A DNA stretch of 64,000 nucleotides from Octopus vulgaris (GCA_951406725.2 OX597818.1:95170001-95234000), one strand, 5' to 3'. Positions 25,023 through 38,007 are shown, counted from the stretch's first letter. Translations and numbers: made by a program. The notes: a model not told the origin generated them from the sequence alone.

Positions 25023-25869
25023 TATATATATACACACACAGGTATGTATATGTGCATATGTATATATTTATATAGAAGCTTGAAACACCAATGGATTAAT
25101 ATATTGGCATGCATAACATTTACAATGTATATATAGATATGGAATGGCACTAGCAGTAACTTCTCAAAGACACTTGTGTGTTAAACAACGTGGTTCACCG
25201 GACTGATTTGGTATCTTCAGTGACTAATATTTCAGTCATTCTAAGATATATATATATATATAAAACATATACAGAAAGAGAGAAATGGTGAATCTAGTGA
25301 CAGTGATTGCGTACATCAACAATAGAGCAGAAAGGAAATATCTCAGGTAAGTGTATTATGTAATGAATCAACAAGTACTTGTACAGACAGCACACAATAA
25401 AAGACAACTAACCAACATATTGTCAGAACTTACTGGCAACAAGTATTATGAAACTCCTAATGCTAGAATGAAGAAAGACAAGACACAACCCAAACGTACA
25501 TGACCCATTAATTGCATCCAGTCATTTCTAAGCCTTAGGATTGCTCAAGTGGAGTTGACCTTGACAACAGTGATTGTATCCAGCATGTCCACTTATTTTC
25601 TTTACAGGCTCTCTCAAACTATCACACATTACCATCTCAAAGAACCAAATTGTTTTATCAGCTTTTCCTTACCCTGGTTCATGCCCCAGACCTTGTTGTG
25701 AACATTTCAATTCTTCAGTAAACTATAAACCTCCCTCATATTTTTTCCTGCAAACAATGACCTAAAGTTGTCTATGCTAAACATCAATCACACCAACTTC
25801 ATCATTCAGGAAGGGTCCTAAATGGTCATGGACACTGCCTCTCCTACTCTGTGTATCATATAAAAAAAA

Positions 25870-26157
25870 ATTCCACCTTGCTAGTGCTGCTGGACTGACT
25901 CCTGTGCAGGTGGCACATAAAAAGCACCATTTGAGCGTGGCCATTCGCAGTACCGCCTGTCTGGCCCTCATGCTGGTGGCACATAAAAGCACCCACTACA
26001 CTCTCGGAGTGGCTGGCATTAGGAAGGCCATCCAGCTGTAGAAACTCTGCCAGATCAGATTGGAGTCTGGTGCAGCCATCTGGTTCACCAGACATCAGTC
26101 AAATCGTCCAACCCATGCTAGCATGGAAAGCGGACATTAAACGATGATGATGATGAT
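25870..26157 (+). mobile_element. 5'-truncated RTE 3' UTR copy
   Basis: GGTGGCACATAAAAAGCACC subrepeats and ...AAACGATGATG tail. Confidence 0.85.
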
Positions 26158-27467
26158 GTAGAGACAAAATGTTAATCCTTGTTAATGTCTGGAAGTACTC
26201 AGAATATATTAAACTGTCAGAAAATGACTGCAGCAAATCCTCTCACAAGACATATGTAACCAGGCAAAATATTTTTGTCTAATAGTCTCAACCACCTGGA
26301 ATCTCTCAAAAATCTCAAATGCCAGTAACAACCTGAAAATGTATAAAACTAAAAAGAAGAAAATCTAAAAAGTTGAGCTAATGTGGAAACCACTGTATGA
26401 TCATTTTATCAAATCCAAAATTTAAATCTCATCCTGTAGTTTGAAAAAAAAAAGGACGTTATCTAATATGAGCTTAGATATGTTGTACCTGAAAGAAAAT
26501 TAAAGATGTAACGGTCTCAGCTAAAATACCTTTGATCATAGCCCTGTTTGATTACTACTAGATAATAATGACAACATCCCACCTTCGTTGCTAGAAGAAG
26601 CCCTCCACCACCAATATGAACTGTGTTGATGTATGTACCATTATACTTCATCTCACTTCATATTGTTGGTATAGAGCCAAGTTTTGGGGAATCTATTTTA
26701 CAGAACATCACAAGCCACTGTTGAACACACACATTCTGCCAAGGTATTACTCTCTTCTCCCACCTACTCTCTCTTTCTCTCTTGTTTTTCCTTTCAGTCA
26801 ACTCCTGCTCCTTTATGCACTCACGCTTTCTCTCTGTGCAAACATATATACATACCTCTTTCATTATGCAAACACTCATACACACAACACACACAAAATG
26901 CACTCTCTATCTCCCTCAGCAATCTTTTGTCTTTCTCATATATATACACATTTTCTCACTCTCAACTTTCTCACCTATTAAATATACACACAAAATACAT
27001 ACATACACATGCTTCCCTGCTCTCTATCCCTTTTACCATTCACTTCTTATATACTCTCTTTCTCTCTCTTAAATACACACACAAAACATGTACATACAAA
27101 GGACACACTAACGTGATCAAAAGTTCTTGAAACAGAAAGTACCTCTGTAATATATGAAGGTCAAACAAACTATAGAAAAACAATGTTTGTGTTGACTATA
27201 GTGCAAGATGATGGATGTGGTGGATTTTACTGTAGCATGATACTCCTTTTAGCTTATACATTTCCCTTGCTCAGATTAGAAATATGTCAACATTGGCATT
27301 CTCTGAATTTAAACAAGACACTAATCTTTGGGAATTATATAAATATAATGCTAGTAGTTTGGTCATCTTTTATTTGCACATTTTCTATCACTACTACACC
27401 AGTAACATTAGTAATAGTTTATTACAAAGACAGGAGTCCTAAATATAAATTTCCAGTGTTCATACAT

Positions 27468-27905
27468 GGTGCAGATATGACTATTTGGTTAAGATGTTCA
27501 TTTTCCAACCACCTGGTTTCAGGTTCAGTCCTACTATAGGATACCTTGGATATATGTTCTCTATCATAGTCCTACAACAACCAAAACCTTGTGAGTGGAT
27601 TTGGTAGCTGAAAAGTGAAAGAAGCCTGTTGTACACACACACACACATATATGAACATGTGTGTGTGTGTGTATGTTTCTGTCACCTTGCCTTGGCTTCA
27701 CAGGGTAGCTACGAACAAGTGTCACCATGATACAAGAAGAGTTCCACATTTTTAGACTTACATAAAAACATGTCCAGCCATGAGGAAATATTATTACCTT
27801 GCTTGGAAATAGGAAAGGCATCTGCCTGTAGAAAACTATTCCAATGAATCCCATCTGCTTCATACAAGCTTGGAAAAATGGACATTAAAATGATGGTGAA
27901 GATGA
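27468..27905 (+). mobile_element. SINE family 1, older third tail type
   Basis: Diverged head and core; tail ...GGAAAAATGGACATTAAAATGATG; similar copies near 18860, 30340 and 58100. Confidence 0.75.
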
Positions 27906-28747
27906 TATCTTTCTGAAAAACACTTATAAAAAACAGCAGCAATCTCAGACACTATTATTTCTGCTAATATTTTATTATAGTTAAAACTGCTTACATTAGT
28001 CTTCCAGAGTTGTGACACTGTACATCACATAGCATGACCTTCAGGGTCAAGTGTGAACAATCATTTTCAGCATCATTTCAACATGGTCATTGTCATTTCA
28101 ATGTCTGATTTTCCATGCTGGCATGGATTGAGTAGGTCTTATGTACAGCTTAGTATCAATCTTTCATCATGTTTTCATGGAAGCTCAGCATCCTGAGTCC
28201 TGACTTCACCACATTTTCCAGTCTATTTTGGTCTACTTTTTCCAATCATCCACCACCAACAACATACAACACTTAGTCATCAACTATTTGTATTACAAAT
28301 ATTCAACCAAAGATGTCTTTTCTACATACATTAGCTGTGTTTTTCTATACATCATCCTATGATGCATGTAGACACATCATAGGTGATGTTTCCTGTAGAG
28401 ATTAGGTGTTTCAAGTCATTCAACAATAAAGAACATTTCACCCAAGTGACTCAGCCTAACATTTGGCCAAATCCTAGCTTGTGCCCAATTAGCCCAGTCC
28501 CATGAAGCACTACCCTTTCCAGGGCTCACATTTCCTTATCCACAATGACCTTGAAGCAATCTCTTGTCTCCATAGCTGACTTGAAAGCTTTCTACCTACT
28601 GACTCTAGCAATGCCCATTGTGTTATAAGCTTAGCAGAAGGACTGGCCTGAAAACCCACTGCATCCCACCTCAGTGGGATCACACTTTACTGTTCACCCA
28701 TTCTTTTAGCATAACTCTGCAAGCTTAGTCCTCCCATAGTGGAAGTG

Positions 28748-29520
28748 AATGAAATATACAGTGCTCAGGTACACTTCAACTCGTCAAAAAAGGGTCAAAA
28801 AGAAGACAAAGTAGCAATAAGTCACATAAAGACAGAAAAGTGTACAATAAAAGAGCCTTAAGAGAGGAAAGGGTGCATAGGTATGTCAGTAGTGTGGGTG
28901 AATTTTGGTAAGCATAGAATTTTTGAAGGATACAGTGTCCTTACAGTTAACAACTGATCATCATCATCATCGTTTAGCGTCCGCTAGCATGGAAAACGGA
29001 CGCTAAACGATGATGATGATGATCAGTTGTTAACTGTAAGGACACTGTATCCTTCAAAAATTCTATGCTTACCAAAATTCACCCACACTACTGACATACC
29101 TATGCACCCTTTCGGGTAATTTATTCTATGCCTCAACAATTCTGAGTGGAACAAAATGCTGCATTATTTTTTAATTTTATGAATATGTCCTCAGATGGCA
29201 GAGGTATTCAATTTACAAATGTTGTTACTGTTGTAAGGATGATGAATAATCTTGTGGGCTTTTACTAAGTAAAAGCCCACAAGATTATTCATTATTGCTG
29301 GGCATTGAAGCTTTAGCATGGCAATACCTGGAGAAGCAAGATATTCAGGATAGATGGAGGGTATTTGTTGAGATTCAACTAGATAGAGGATCAAACTGTA
29401 GATATAACCTGTGTGAACATACTTTGGCCATATATGGTTTTAAATAAGCTGAACTAGTGGTCACCTCATACTGTATTTCTTGAAAGTTAACATTGCATAT
29501 CCAAAGCTCTTCCGTATTTG
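28748..29520 (-). mobile_element. CR1/L2-like LINE 3' fragment interrupted by a palindrome
   Basis: Similar to 14981-15270; continuity resumes after 29113. Confidence 0.6.
28867..29113. repeat. Perfect palindrome, 117-bp arms, 13-nt loop
   Basis: 28867-28983 is the reverse complement of 28997-29113. Confidence 0.95.
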
Positions 29521-29556
29521 TTATTCATATCTCATTACTACATAATCTTACATACC

Positions 29557-30010
29557 TATTATATAAAATCCATTCTGTCTGTCTGTGTGTGGCTTCTAAG
29601 ATCTCGGGCATCCTCCATCCGATTGTGCTCAAATTTGATATGTAGATACCGACGGTATAAGGGCATGTATAAGTCTTGAAAAAATTACAAAAATCGATTG
29701 CAGGTGAGAATGCAATCGATAAAGCCGTGGAGACGTGCATTTGTATGTGCAAGTATATCAGCTGTTGTGATGTACTTGCTGGTAATTTAAACTCTTTGGT
29801 TGCATATTTGTGTGAATAAAATCGTTTTTTGGGGGGGAATAGAAAAAAGTCTATATTTATTTCTTCTTTTGCTGTTGTCTCAAATTTAGGTTAAATCAGT
29901 GTTTCTCAAAGGGGAGGCCTATGGGACGGTTGGACAAGTTGTTTTGAGAAAATTTGGTTTAAATGTTTGACAACTCAGCACCATCCATTGGACAGAGGGC
30001 GTTTTGCTCG
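29557..30010 (+). mobile_element. Degenerate non-autonomous Helitron
   Basis: Starts cCTATTATATAAAA plus (TCTG)n; ends GGGCGTTTTGCTCG|T (CTAG-like). Confidence 0.5.
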
Positions 30011-31294
30011 TACTTTATATGTTGGTTAACCTCTCAGTTTATATCTCATGTATTTCAGTACAATATAGCCAACAGATCCTCATCATCATTTTAAACATAT
30101 ATTTTCGAATGCTTGCATGGGTCAGATGAAATTCATTAAGGCAGATTTTCAACAACTAGATGTCCTTCTTGTCACTAACTCTCACCTGTTTCCAAGTAAG
30201 GTAATACATCCCCTTGGCTGGACATGTTTTCACTGGAGTATGGAAACGACTTACATCATTTGCACCATGGTGACTCTAGCACGCTTGTATTTTGTGATGT
30301 CAAGACAAGAAGACACAAGCACATACACACACAAGCACACAGAGTTGCTTCACAGTCATGTTGTTCAAGTTCAATCCCACTTTGCTGCACTTTGGGAAGT
30401 GTCTTCTATTATAACCATAAGTGAGTGGATTTGGTAAGCAGAAACTTAAGCTCAGTATGTATATATGAATTTATGGATGTGTGTGTGTGTGTTTATCCTT
30501 GTCTTGTCTCCATGTGATGGTTGTTGACAAACATTACTGCCATATTAGTGATGTTCATTTCCAGTCTTCTGTGAAAAATATATCTGGTCATGGGAAATAT
30601 TATCTTGCATGGAAACAGATGAAGGATGGTGACAGGAATGGCAAACAACAGTAGAAAATTTAGTCTGATCTTTGTAAGTGAACGTTAAAATGATGACAAC
30701 AGTGATAATGATGTGTGTGTGTGTGTGTGCGTGCGTCTGTGTCTGTGTGTGTGAGAGCTGCTTTTAGTTTTTGTGTACTAAATGCACTCATCAGGCTTTG
30801 ATTGGCCCTGGGCTATAGTAGAAGACACTTGCTCAAACTATGGGACAGATCCTGAAACAATGTGGTTAGGAAGTAGCCACCATATATCCAAATCCAGTGC
30901 AACTATGTCTCACATTATCCATGTAATGGATGCTTCTAATCGATGGACATCGACACACACGGTGATATCTGTTGTTACCAACTGAGACAATAGCACCTTG
31001 AGTGTTTCATATCCAGCTTTTCGCTGGTGGCTGTATCATCACCACAACCACACCCAACACAAAGTAACAAAAGGTATCTAGTAGAGTCTATGTAAATTCT
31101 GAGTTACTCAGGCATAAGAATCCCACTCTAACCACTTCGTCATTGAAGTGTTAAGAAGTTATAGAGCAAGATGAGCAACATTGTTTTGTAATGGAATTTA
31201 TTGTTTAATTTTATTAGGGGAAGTTACTGTTACGTTTCTCTCAGAGTTATCTCCCTTAAAATAAGCGTATGTGTGCGCGCGTGCGTGCGTGTGA

Positions 31295-31493
31295 AGGTGT
31301 GTGACTATGTGGTTAGAGCTTTCGGCTCACGATCGTGAGCTCAAATCCCGGCGACGCGTTGTGTCCTTAAGCAAGACGCTTTATTTCACGTTGCTCCAGT
31401 CCACTCAGCTGGTGAAAATGAATTGTACCTGTATTTCAAAGGGCCGGCCTTGTCACGCTTAATATTACTGAGAACTACATTAAGGGTACACAT
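31295..31493 (+). mobile_element. tRNA-derived SINE, family 3
   Basis: A/B-box-like head, GTGTCCTTAAGCAAG core; interrupted by the palindrome at 31494. Confidence 0.7.
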
Positions 31494-31747
31494 GTCTGGG
31501 GAGATTCATTCTCTTTTAGTGCCTTATAATTTAACACACTCACCCGCAAAGTTTCCATTCATTTACTTATTTATTTTTCTAAAATTGTCGTTGCGTCGTG
31601 TAACCTATTCAATAGTTGTTGACAACTATTGAAAAGGTTGCAAGATGCAACGAAAATTTTGGAAAAATAAATAAGTAAATGAATGGAAATTTTACGGGTG
31701 AGTTTATTAAATTATAAGGCACCAAAAGCGAATGACTCTCCCCAGAC
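31494..31747. mobile_element. Palindromic Penelope-like pseudo-LTR with head-to-head hammerheads (U3:A8)
   Basis: ~125-bp arms centred at 31620/31621; + arm CTA-TTGAAAA-g-GTTGCA aga TGCAAC-GAAA-AT-T-T-TGG. Confidence 0.7.
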
Positions 31748-31857
31748 CCAACAGAATATGCTTCAACACAAGAACTTACATAAAGAATCTCGCAAACCAA
31801 AACCAAAAACGAAATATCTATAAATGAACAATGTTTTGTGTGTGTGAATGTTTCATA

Positions 31858-32700
31858 CGAAGTCTGATCAATAAGTATCTGAACTGTTGCCATAGTAACA
31901 CAGAGTGAAACCGCTTAGCAAAGATTGGCCTTGAACTATGCTGTGCATGCGCTCCAACTTCTTGCTCACTTCCGCTGTTTACAGTAGTACTTGGAAGGAA
32001 GGTGTGGCGTGTGTTCGTCGCATTGACCATGACAGAGAAAGTTGTCATACTGATACCTGCTCAGAGGCCTACGCAAAGTTGCAGAAAGTGTATGGAGAGG
32101 AGTGTATGAGCAGTACACAGGTATAGAAGTGCTTCAGACATTTTCAAGATGACCGAAAAATTGTCAATATTGATGAACGTTCTGGGAAACCCGCAACCAG
32201 CAGAACTGAGAAAAGCACGCAGCTGTGAGGGGAAATCGTCGAATTACCATCTGTGAGTTATCAGACGATGTGCAAATTAGTTACAGTTCAGTTCAGTCCA
32301 TTATCACTGAAGATTTGGGTATGAGATGTGTGTCTGCCAAGATTGTGCCAAAACTGCTTTTAGCAGACCAAAAAGACACTTGGGTTTCAGTTGCACAAGA
32401 TCTTGTATTGAGAATGATGAAAACTTTGCATAGGTCTCTGAACAGGTATCACCAAGCTTTTGGCAAAATTTGAAGCAGATTCTCTGCTCAACTTTCTCTG
32501 TCATGGTCAATGAGACAATCGTACGCTACACATCTTCCTTCCAAGCACTGCTGTAAACAGCAAAAGTGAGCTAAAACTTTAAAACTTAGTGCGCAATGCA
32601 CAGCAGAGTTCAAAGGTCAAACTGTGCCAAGCAGCTTTACTCTGCGTGCTTTAGCTTCGCTATTATAGCAACACTCCGGATACTTATTGATCAGACCATG
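31858..32700. mobile_element. Mariner-derived element with two inverted 5' ends
   Basis: TA TSD, TIR ..GTCTGATCAATAAGTATC; transposase N-terminus (MTMTEKV...DTCSEAYAK) on both strands. Confidence 0.85.
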
Positions 32701-33120
32701 TATATATTTTAACCAGTTTCAGCTCGAAAGCTACAGTCATGCTGGGCCACCACAATTTTAGTCGAACGAATCGACCCAGTGTTTATTTTTAAGCCTTGTA
32801 TTTATCCTATTGGTCAATTTTGCCGAACCACTAAATTAAGGTGGTGTCATAAACACACCAGCACTGGTTGTCAAGCAGTGGTAGGGGATAAACACACACA
32901 CACACACACACATAACACACAACATGCGCGAGCACATATATATATATGTATAACAAGCTTCTTTCAGTTTCTGTCTACCAAATCTACTCACAAGGCTTTG
33001 GTCAGCCCAGAGCTATATATATAGTAGAAGCCACATGCCCAAGGTGCTGCGCAGTGGGACTGAACTCAGAACGATGTGGTTGGAAAAAAAAACTTCAATG
33101 CGCCTTTGGCATGTGATCTA

Positions 33121-33520
33121 CAAGGGAGATTACTTTAGGTTACTTTTTAAATTAATTTGTACATACTTAGCATTGTATATGTATTTTTTCAAAATTCTTA
33201 CTATTTTAATGATAACAAACCCATATAATAATTAAAATAAGCGCGTAGATTGCCCACCAAAGTAAATTTGCTCACGTAGGTCACACAGAAATTGGCACAA
33301 GGACAAAGTAAACTAAAAAGTAACCTAAAGTAATCACTCTTTAAATTGTAGAACACAGCACAGTGGCACGTTTCTTTAGGAGAAATCATGTGGATTTAGT
33401 GCTGGTTTCTTATAAAAATGCAACTGTCTTCATCTTATCGCTGATCACATTTTAAAAATCTTTAGCCAATATCTTGTGAGTTTTTAGAAATTGAAAAGTA
33501 ACCTAAAGTAATCTCCCTTG
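33121..33520. mobile_element. Tc1/mariner-type MITE, 400 bp
   Basis: 27-bp TIR CAAGGGAGATTACTTTAGGTTACTTTT; TA TSD. Confidence 0.9.
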
Positions 33521-33817
33521 TATACTTCACCTCAAAATACTTTCAATGAAATTTGATCTCATGCATATCATATTATGTAATTAACCTAAATGAAATCGAA
33601 ATATCTATGTGTGTGTGTGTTAGAGACACAAGCACTTACACACACATGTACACACACAGCGATAACTTCTATCAACCAAATTTAATTACAAGGCTTCAGT
33701 TAGCTCAAGGCTTTAGCAGAAGACATTTGCCCAAGGTATATACAGTGGGACTGAACCCGAAACCATATGGCTGGGAAGCAAGTTTTCTAACTATGCGCAT
33801 ATGTATGTGTGTGTGTG

Positions 33818-33867
<50 letters not shown>

Positions 33868-33868
33868 A

Positions 33869-35384
33869 TTAGGTTGGCAACTAAGTTCCCGCCATTTTTT
33901 TAAAAATTTAAACTTTTAAAAGGTTTAATAAAAAATAACAACTAATTAATCAATAATGTATTCATCCTTGTTGCTTACAACTTCTTCCCAACGTTCAACA
34001 AGATTTTCAATACTTCGTTGGTAGAAATCACCCGATTTCGACTTGAAAAATTTGATCCAACCAAGCTCTCAATTCTGCATCAGTATTGAATGAAACTTGT
34101 GATCATGATTCTAGCAGTCCATTCCCTTACTAATTGAGTTGTCACCGACTGTAACCAACTGATTTTTGCTTGGGATGTGCTGGCTTATATAACTATCAAG
34201 AAGGATAGATATATCATTGAGAACAATAGATTTAGTTGGTGGTCTTCTTATCTCTATTCTAGCTTTTGGTGAAGTAGAAGAGGCTAGAAAGGGTCAAGTG
34301 GTGAAAACATTATTTCGGCCTAACTAAAGGCATCTGGAAAATGTAAAACTGCTGTCAGAGAAAAACCATTGTTTCATCATGGGAAAAGTTCTGCTGCAGT
34401 GTTAATTTAAATCTGGGTATGGTGGATCGAATCCGCTTCATGCTTGCAAAATCCACTACAGCTTCTTTGATCATATTGGTGATATGAGGGCGGGCGTTGT
34501 TGTGCAACAGAACTCTTTGCTGGCGATTAGGTCTTTTCATTTGAATAACCGTGTTGAGTCATTCCATCTGTTGAACATAGAGTTCTGCACTGACTGTTTG
34601 GTTCCATTCAAGCAATTCATAATGGATAATCCCTTCCAAGTCCCACCATACACACGTTGTTTTATGCTGATGAAGATCTTGTTTCACGTATGGTGTCACT
34701 TGTTTACCGGGGCTAAGCCATTCCTTATGCTGCTTCATATTGATGTACAGGCAGCATTTTTCGTCGCTTTTAATGATTCAGTAAAGAAATCATTGCTTGT
34801 GTCTGTGAGTTGAGCAGTGACGAGCAAGCAAACCAGCAGAGATTGTGTCTTGTTGATTTTTGTTGCTGTCACTTAAACCATGCAGAACCCATGCTCCATA
34901 CTTCTGAACCTTTCCCATCGAGTGAAGATGCTTCTCTATAGCAGTGTGGGAGCATTCCATTTTCTCCTCCAGTTCTCTTGTCTTTTGATGAGAATTTTCG
35001 TGCAAAAGTTAGTTTAATTGCTCTTCATTGAACTGAACTGGACGGCTAGAATGAGGTGCATCTTTGAGGTCAAAATTTCCATTTTTGAACTTGGCATACC
35101 AATCATGAGCAGTTCTTTCAGCTATGGCGCCCTCTCCATACACAGCACAAATCTCGCGAGCAGCTTTTGTGGCCTTAGAACCTGGATTAAAAGCAAGAAG
35201 AAAGAGGCGTTGAAAATGCTTGTTTTTCTTAACTTGACATTCCATTTTAATAATCTGAAAATAAACTAAAATTAGGTACAAAAAAACAAAACAAAATAGA
35301 TTCCAAAATAATTCAAAAATAGAATTCTCGAAAAAAATAGATTCCAAAATTTTTTAAAATGGTGGGAACTTAGTTGCCAACCCA

Positions 35385-35385
<1 letters not shown>
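33869..35385 (-). mobile_element. Degraded mariner transposon
   Basis: TIR TTAGGTTGGCAACTAAGTTCCC; TA TSD in (TA)n; WYAKFKNGNFDLKDAP, WVLHGL and LHNNARPH motifs with frameshifts. Confidence 0.95.
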
Positions 35386-35431
<46 letters not shown>

Positions 35432-35442
35432 CACTCACACTT

Positions 35443-35903
35443 TTATCTTATTGGCAGTAGTTAAAGGTTTGATAAGTGCCAATGCACGAAACTTTTGTCC
35501 TTTGAGTCACTTTTGCCAATTGAATAAAAAAGTATGATTATGCATATTTCTATAAAAGTGCACATACATATGTGAGTGTAAGGGTTCATAAATATGTATA
35601 TATGCACATATATGTGTGTATGTACATTCACTTATATATATGTGAATGAATATATGTATTCATATGCATACCTACACAAACATTTACATATGTTGATAGA
35701 TATGTCTTTATGTGCTTCTGTGTGTGTGTGTGTAATCTTACCATTTTAGCCAGCAGCCAGTTATGTATCAGGTATCCTATTGCCAAAGAGTTTCTATAAA
35801 CTACCACAGAATCTGACACACTTTTACAGGAACAGCTGGTGTTTCTAGATATTGCTGTTATTCAGTAGTCTTATTTTTAATTGCATGCTTAATAATAATA
35901 GTG

Positions 35904-35947
<44 letters not shown>

Positions 35948-36208
35948 GAATAAAAAGTTTTGAATGGTACAACAATGCATTATAATATAGACAATGGACT
36001 ATATACCTGTTGTAACTTAGTCATCCATAGTCTATGATATTTTGGAATAATATTCCTTCTTCAGATATTCTTACATGGAGTCGCTACTATAATCAGTTTT
36101 CTAACGGCTTTCCTTTTTTATTTTATTATAAAGTTACAAAGTGACTCAAAGGCCTGGAGTTTCGTGCATTGGCACTTATCAAACCTTGTAACTACTGACA
36201 ATTAGATA
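35443..36208. mobile_element. Pair of ~70-bp inverted arms with hammerhead-like cores (U3:A8)
   Basis: 35443-35513 vs 36138-36208; TTGATAA-GTGC caat GCAC-GAAAC in both. Confidence 0.6.
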
Positions 36209-36210
36209 TT

Positions 36211-36253
<43 letters not shown>

Positions 36254-36297
36254 CTAATAATAATAATAAAATTAAAAAATAATAATAATAAAATAAG

Positions 36298-36328
<31 letters not shown>

Positions 36329-36330
36329 CA

Positions 36331-36852
36331 TGTACATTGTTATCATGTACATTGTTTTGTCTTGGTATAAAAGATGGGCTACAGCAAATATTCAGCTCAA
36401 TACCACAGATTTGCTTGTCAGTTGTTTGACTTTAACCATTTGAGCATGTCCCTTAGTGGCTGACAATATGTGCATCTCTGATCACGTGCGGAAGTAGTGG
36501 GGGAGCATCATAGCCATGTGTTGAGAGGGATTCTATGGAGTTTGAATAATTCACCCCTGGAAACATAGGTGTTTCATTCAACATCCTTAAACAACCCTTA
36601 TTCAAGGACCTTTTGAGCGGGATAGGTTACTCGACCAGAAGAAAATCCTAACTGGGCCCCACCTGCAAGGTCATGTGCTGTTTATCTTGATATGAGATCA
36701 CCATGTCGCGCACATATGGTTGTGATGCATGTGCCTGGTGTACCCTTATCAGATGGGTAGTCATGATGGGTATACTGGGATTTGTATATTTTACCCAGTG
36801 TCACTTTGATGGCATGCACTGCTCTCTCACTCAATAATAATAATAATAATAA
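36331..36852 (+). mobile_element. (TAA)n-tailed retroposon (Dong-like 3' UTR or SINE)
   Basis: Ends CTCTCTCACTC(AAT)n, flanked by (TAA)n; second copy inverted at 37345-37670. Confidence 0.65.
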
Positions 36853-36933
36853 TACTAAACGCCCTGATGTAATACCAGTCGGTGCTCCAGCATGGCCACA
36901 TCAAATGACTGAAACAAGTAAAAGATTAAAAGA

Positions 36934-36977
<44 letters not shown>

Positions 36978-37344
36978 TAAACATTAGATGGACAAGATAC
37001 CAAGTAGCATTCGTCTGTCTCTACAAGATTGACATTGCCATTCATTAATGGAGGGGAAGGTGTCAATGAAATAAGTACCAGTTGAATACTGGGGTTGATG
37101 TAATCAACAAACACCCTTCTCCAAAATTTCAAGTTTTGTATCTATAGTAAAAAGGATTATTACTATTATAATTATGTCCTGAGTTCAAATTCTGCCAAGG
37201 TCAACTTTGTCTTTCATACATTTGGGGTCAATAACATAAGTAACAGTTGAGTGCTGGAGGTCGATGTAATTGACTAACCTCCTCCCACCAAATTTCAGGC
37301 TTTGCGCCTATAATAGAATGGATTATCATTATTATCATTATGAT

Positions 37345-37670
37345 TATTATTATTATTATTATTGAGTGAGAGAGCAGTGTGCGCGACATGGTGATCTTAT
37401 ATCAAGATAAACGGCACATGACCTTGCAGGTGGGGCCCAGTTAGAATTTTCTTCTGGTCGAGTAACCCATCCCACTCAAAAGGTCCCTGAATAAGGTTTG
37501 TTTAAGGATGATGAACAAAACACCCATATTACCAAAGGTGAATTATCCAAACCCCAAAGAATTCCTCTCAACATATGGCCATGATGCTCCCCCACTACTT
37601 CTACTTGTGATCAGAGATGCACATATCGTCAGAGACTAAAAGACATGCTTAACTGGTTAAGGTCAAGCAA
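37345..37670 (-). mobile_element. (TAA)n-tailed retroposon, internally deleted second copy
   Basis: Reverse-complement similarity to 36410-36835. Confidence 0.7.
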
Positions 37671-37681
37671 ATCCATCATCA

Positions 37682-37742
<61 letters not shown>

Positions 37743-37969
37743 AAGGGGACAAGCTGACAAAATCATTAAAGCAGTAGAAAATTGCTCTGAAGTATTTGTT
37801 CCAGCCTTTTATATGTTCTGAGTTCAAATCCTGCTGAAGTCAACTTTGCTTTTAATTCTTTTCAGAGTTGATAAAATAAGGCACTAGTCAATTACTGTAG
37901 ATGATCTGATTGACTTCTTCCCTCTCCTAAGACTTTTTAGCCTTGTACCAAAGTTAAAAACAATTATTA

Positions 37970-38004
<35 letters not shown>

Positions 38005-38007
38005 TTT

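Noticed and set aside
25275-25353. Possible exon ending CAG|GTAAGT (similar isolated splice-like sites near 22070 and 55490)
   Set aside because: No recognisable peptide or partner exons; cannot be supported without RNA-seq.
28349-28390. Small imperfect hairpin
   Set aside because: Short and AT-rich, with no associated motif.
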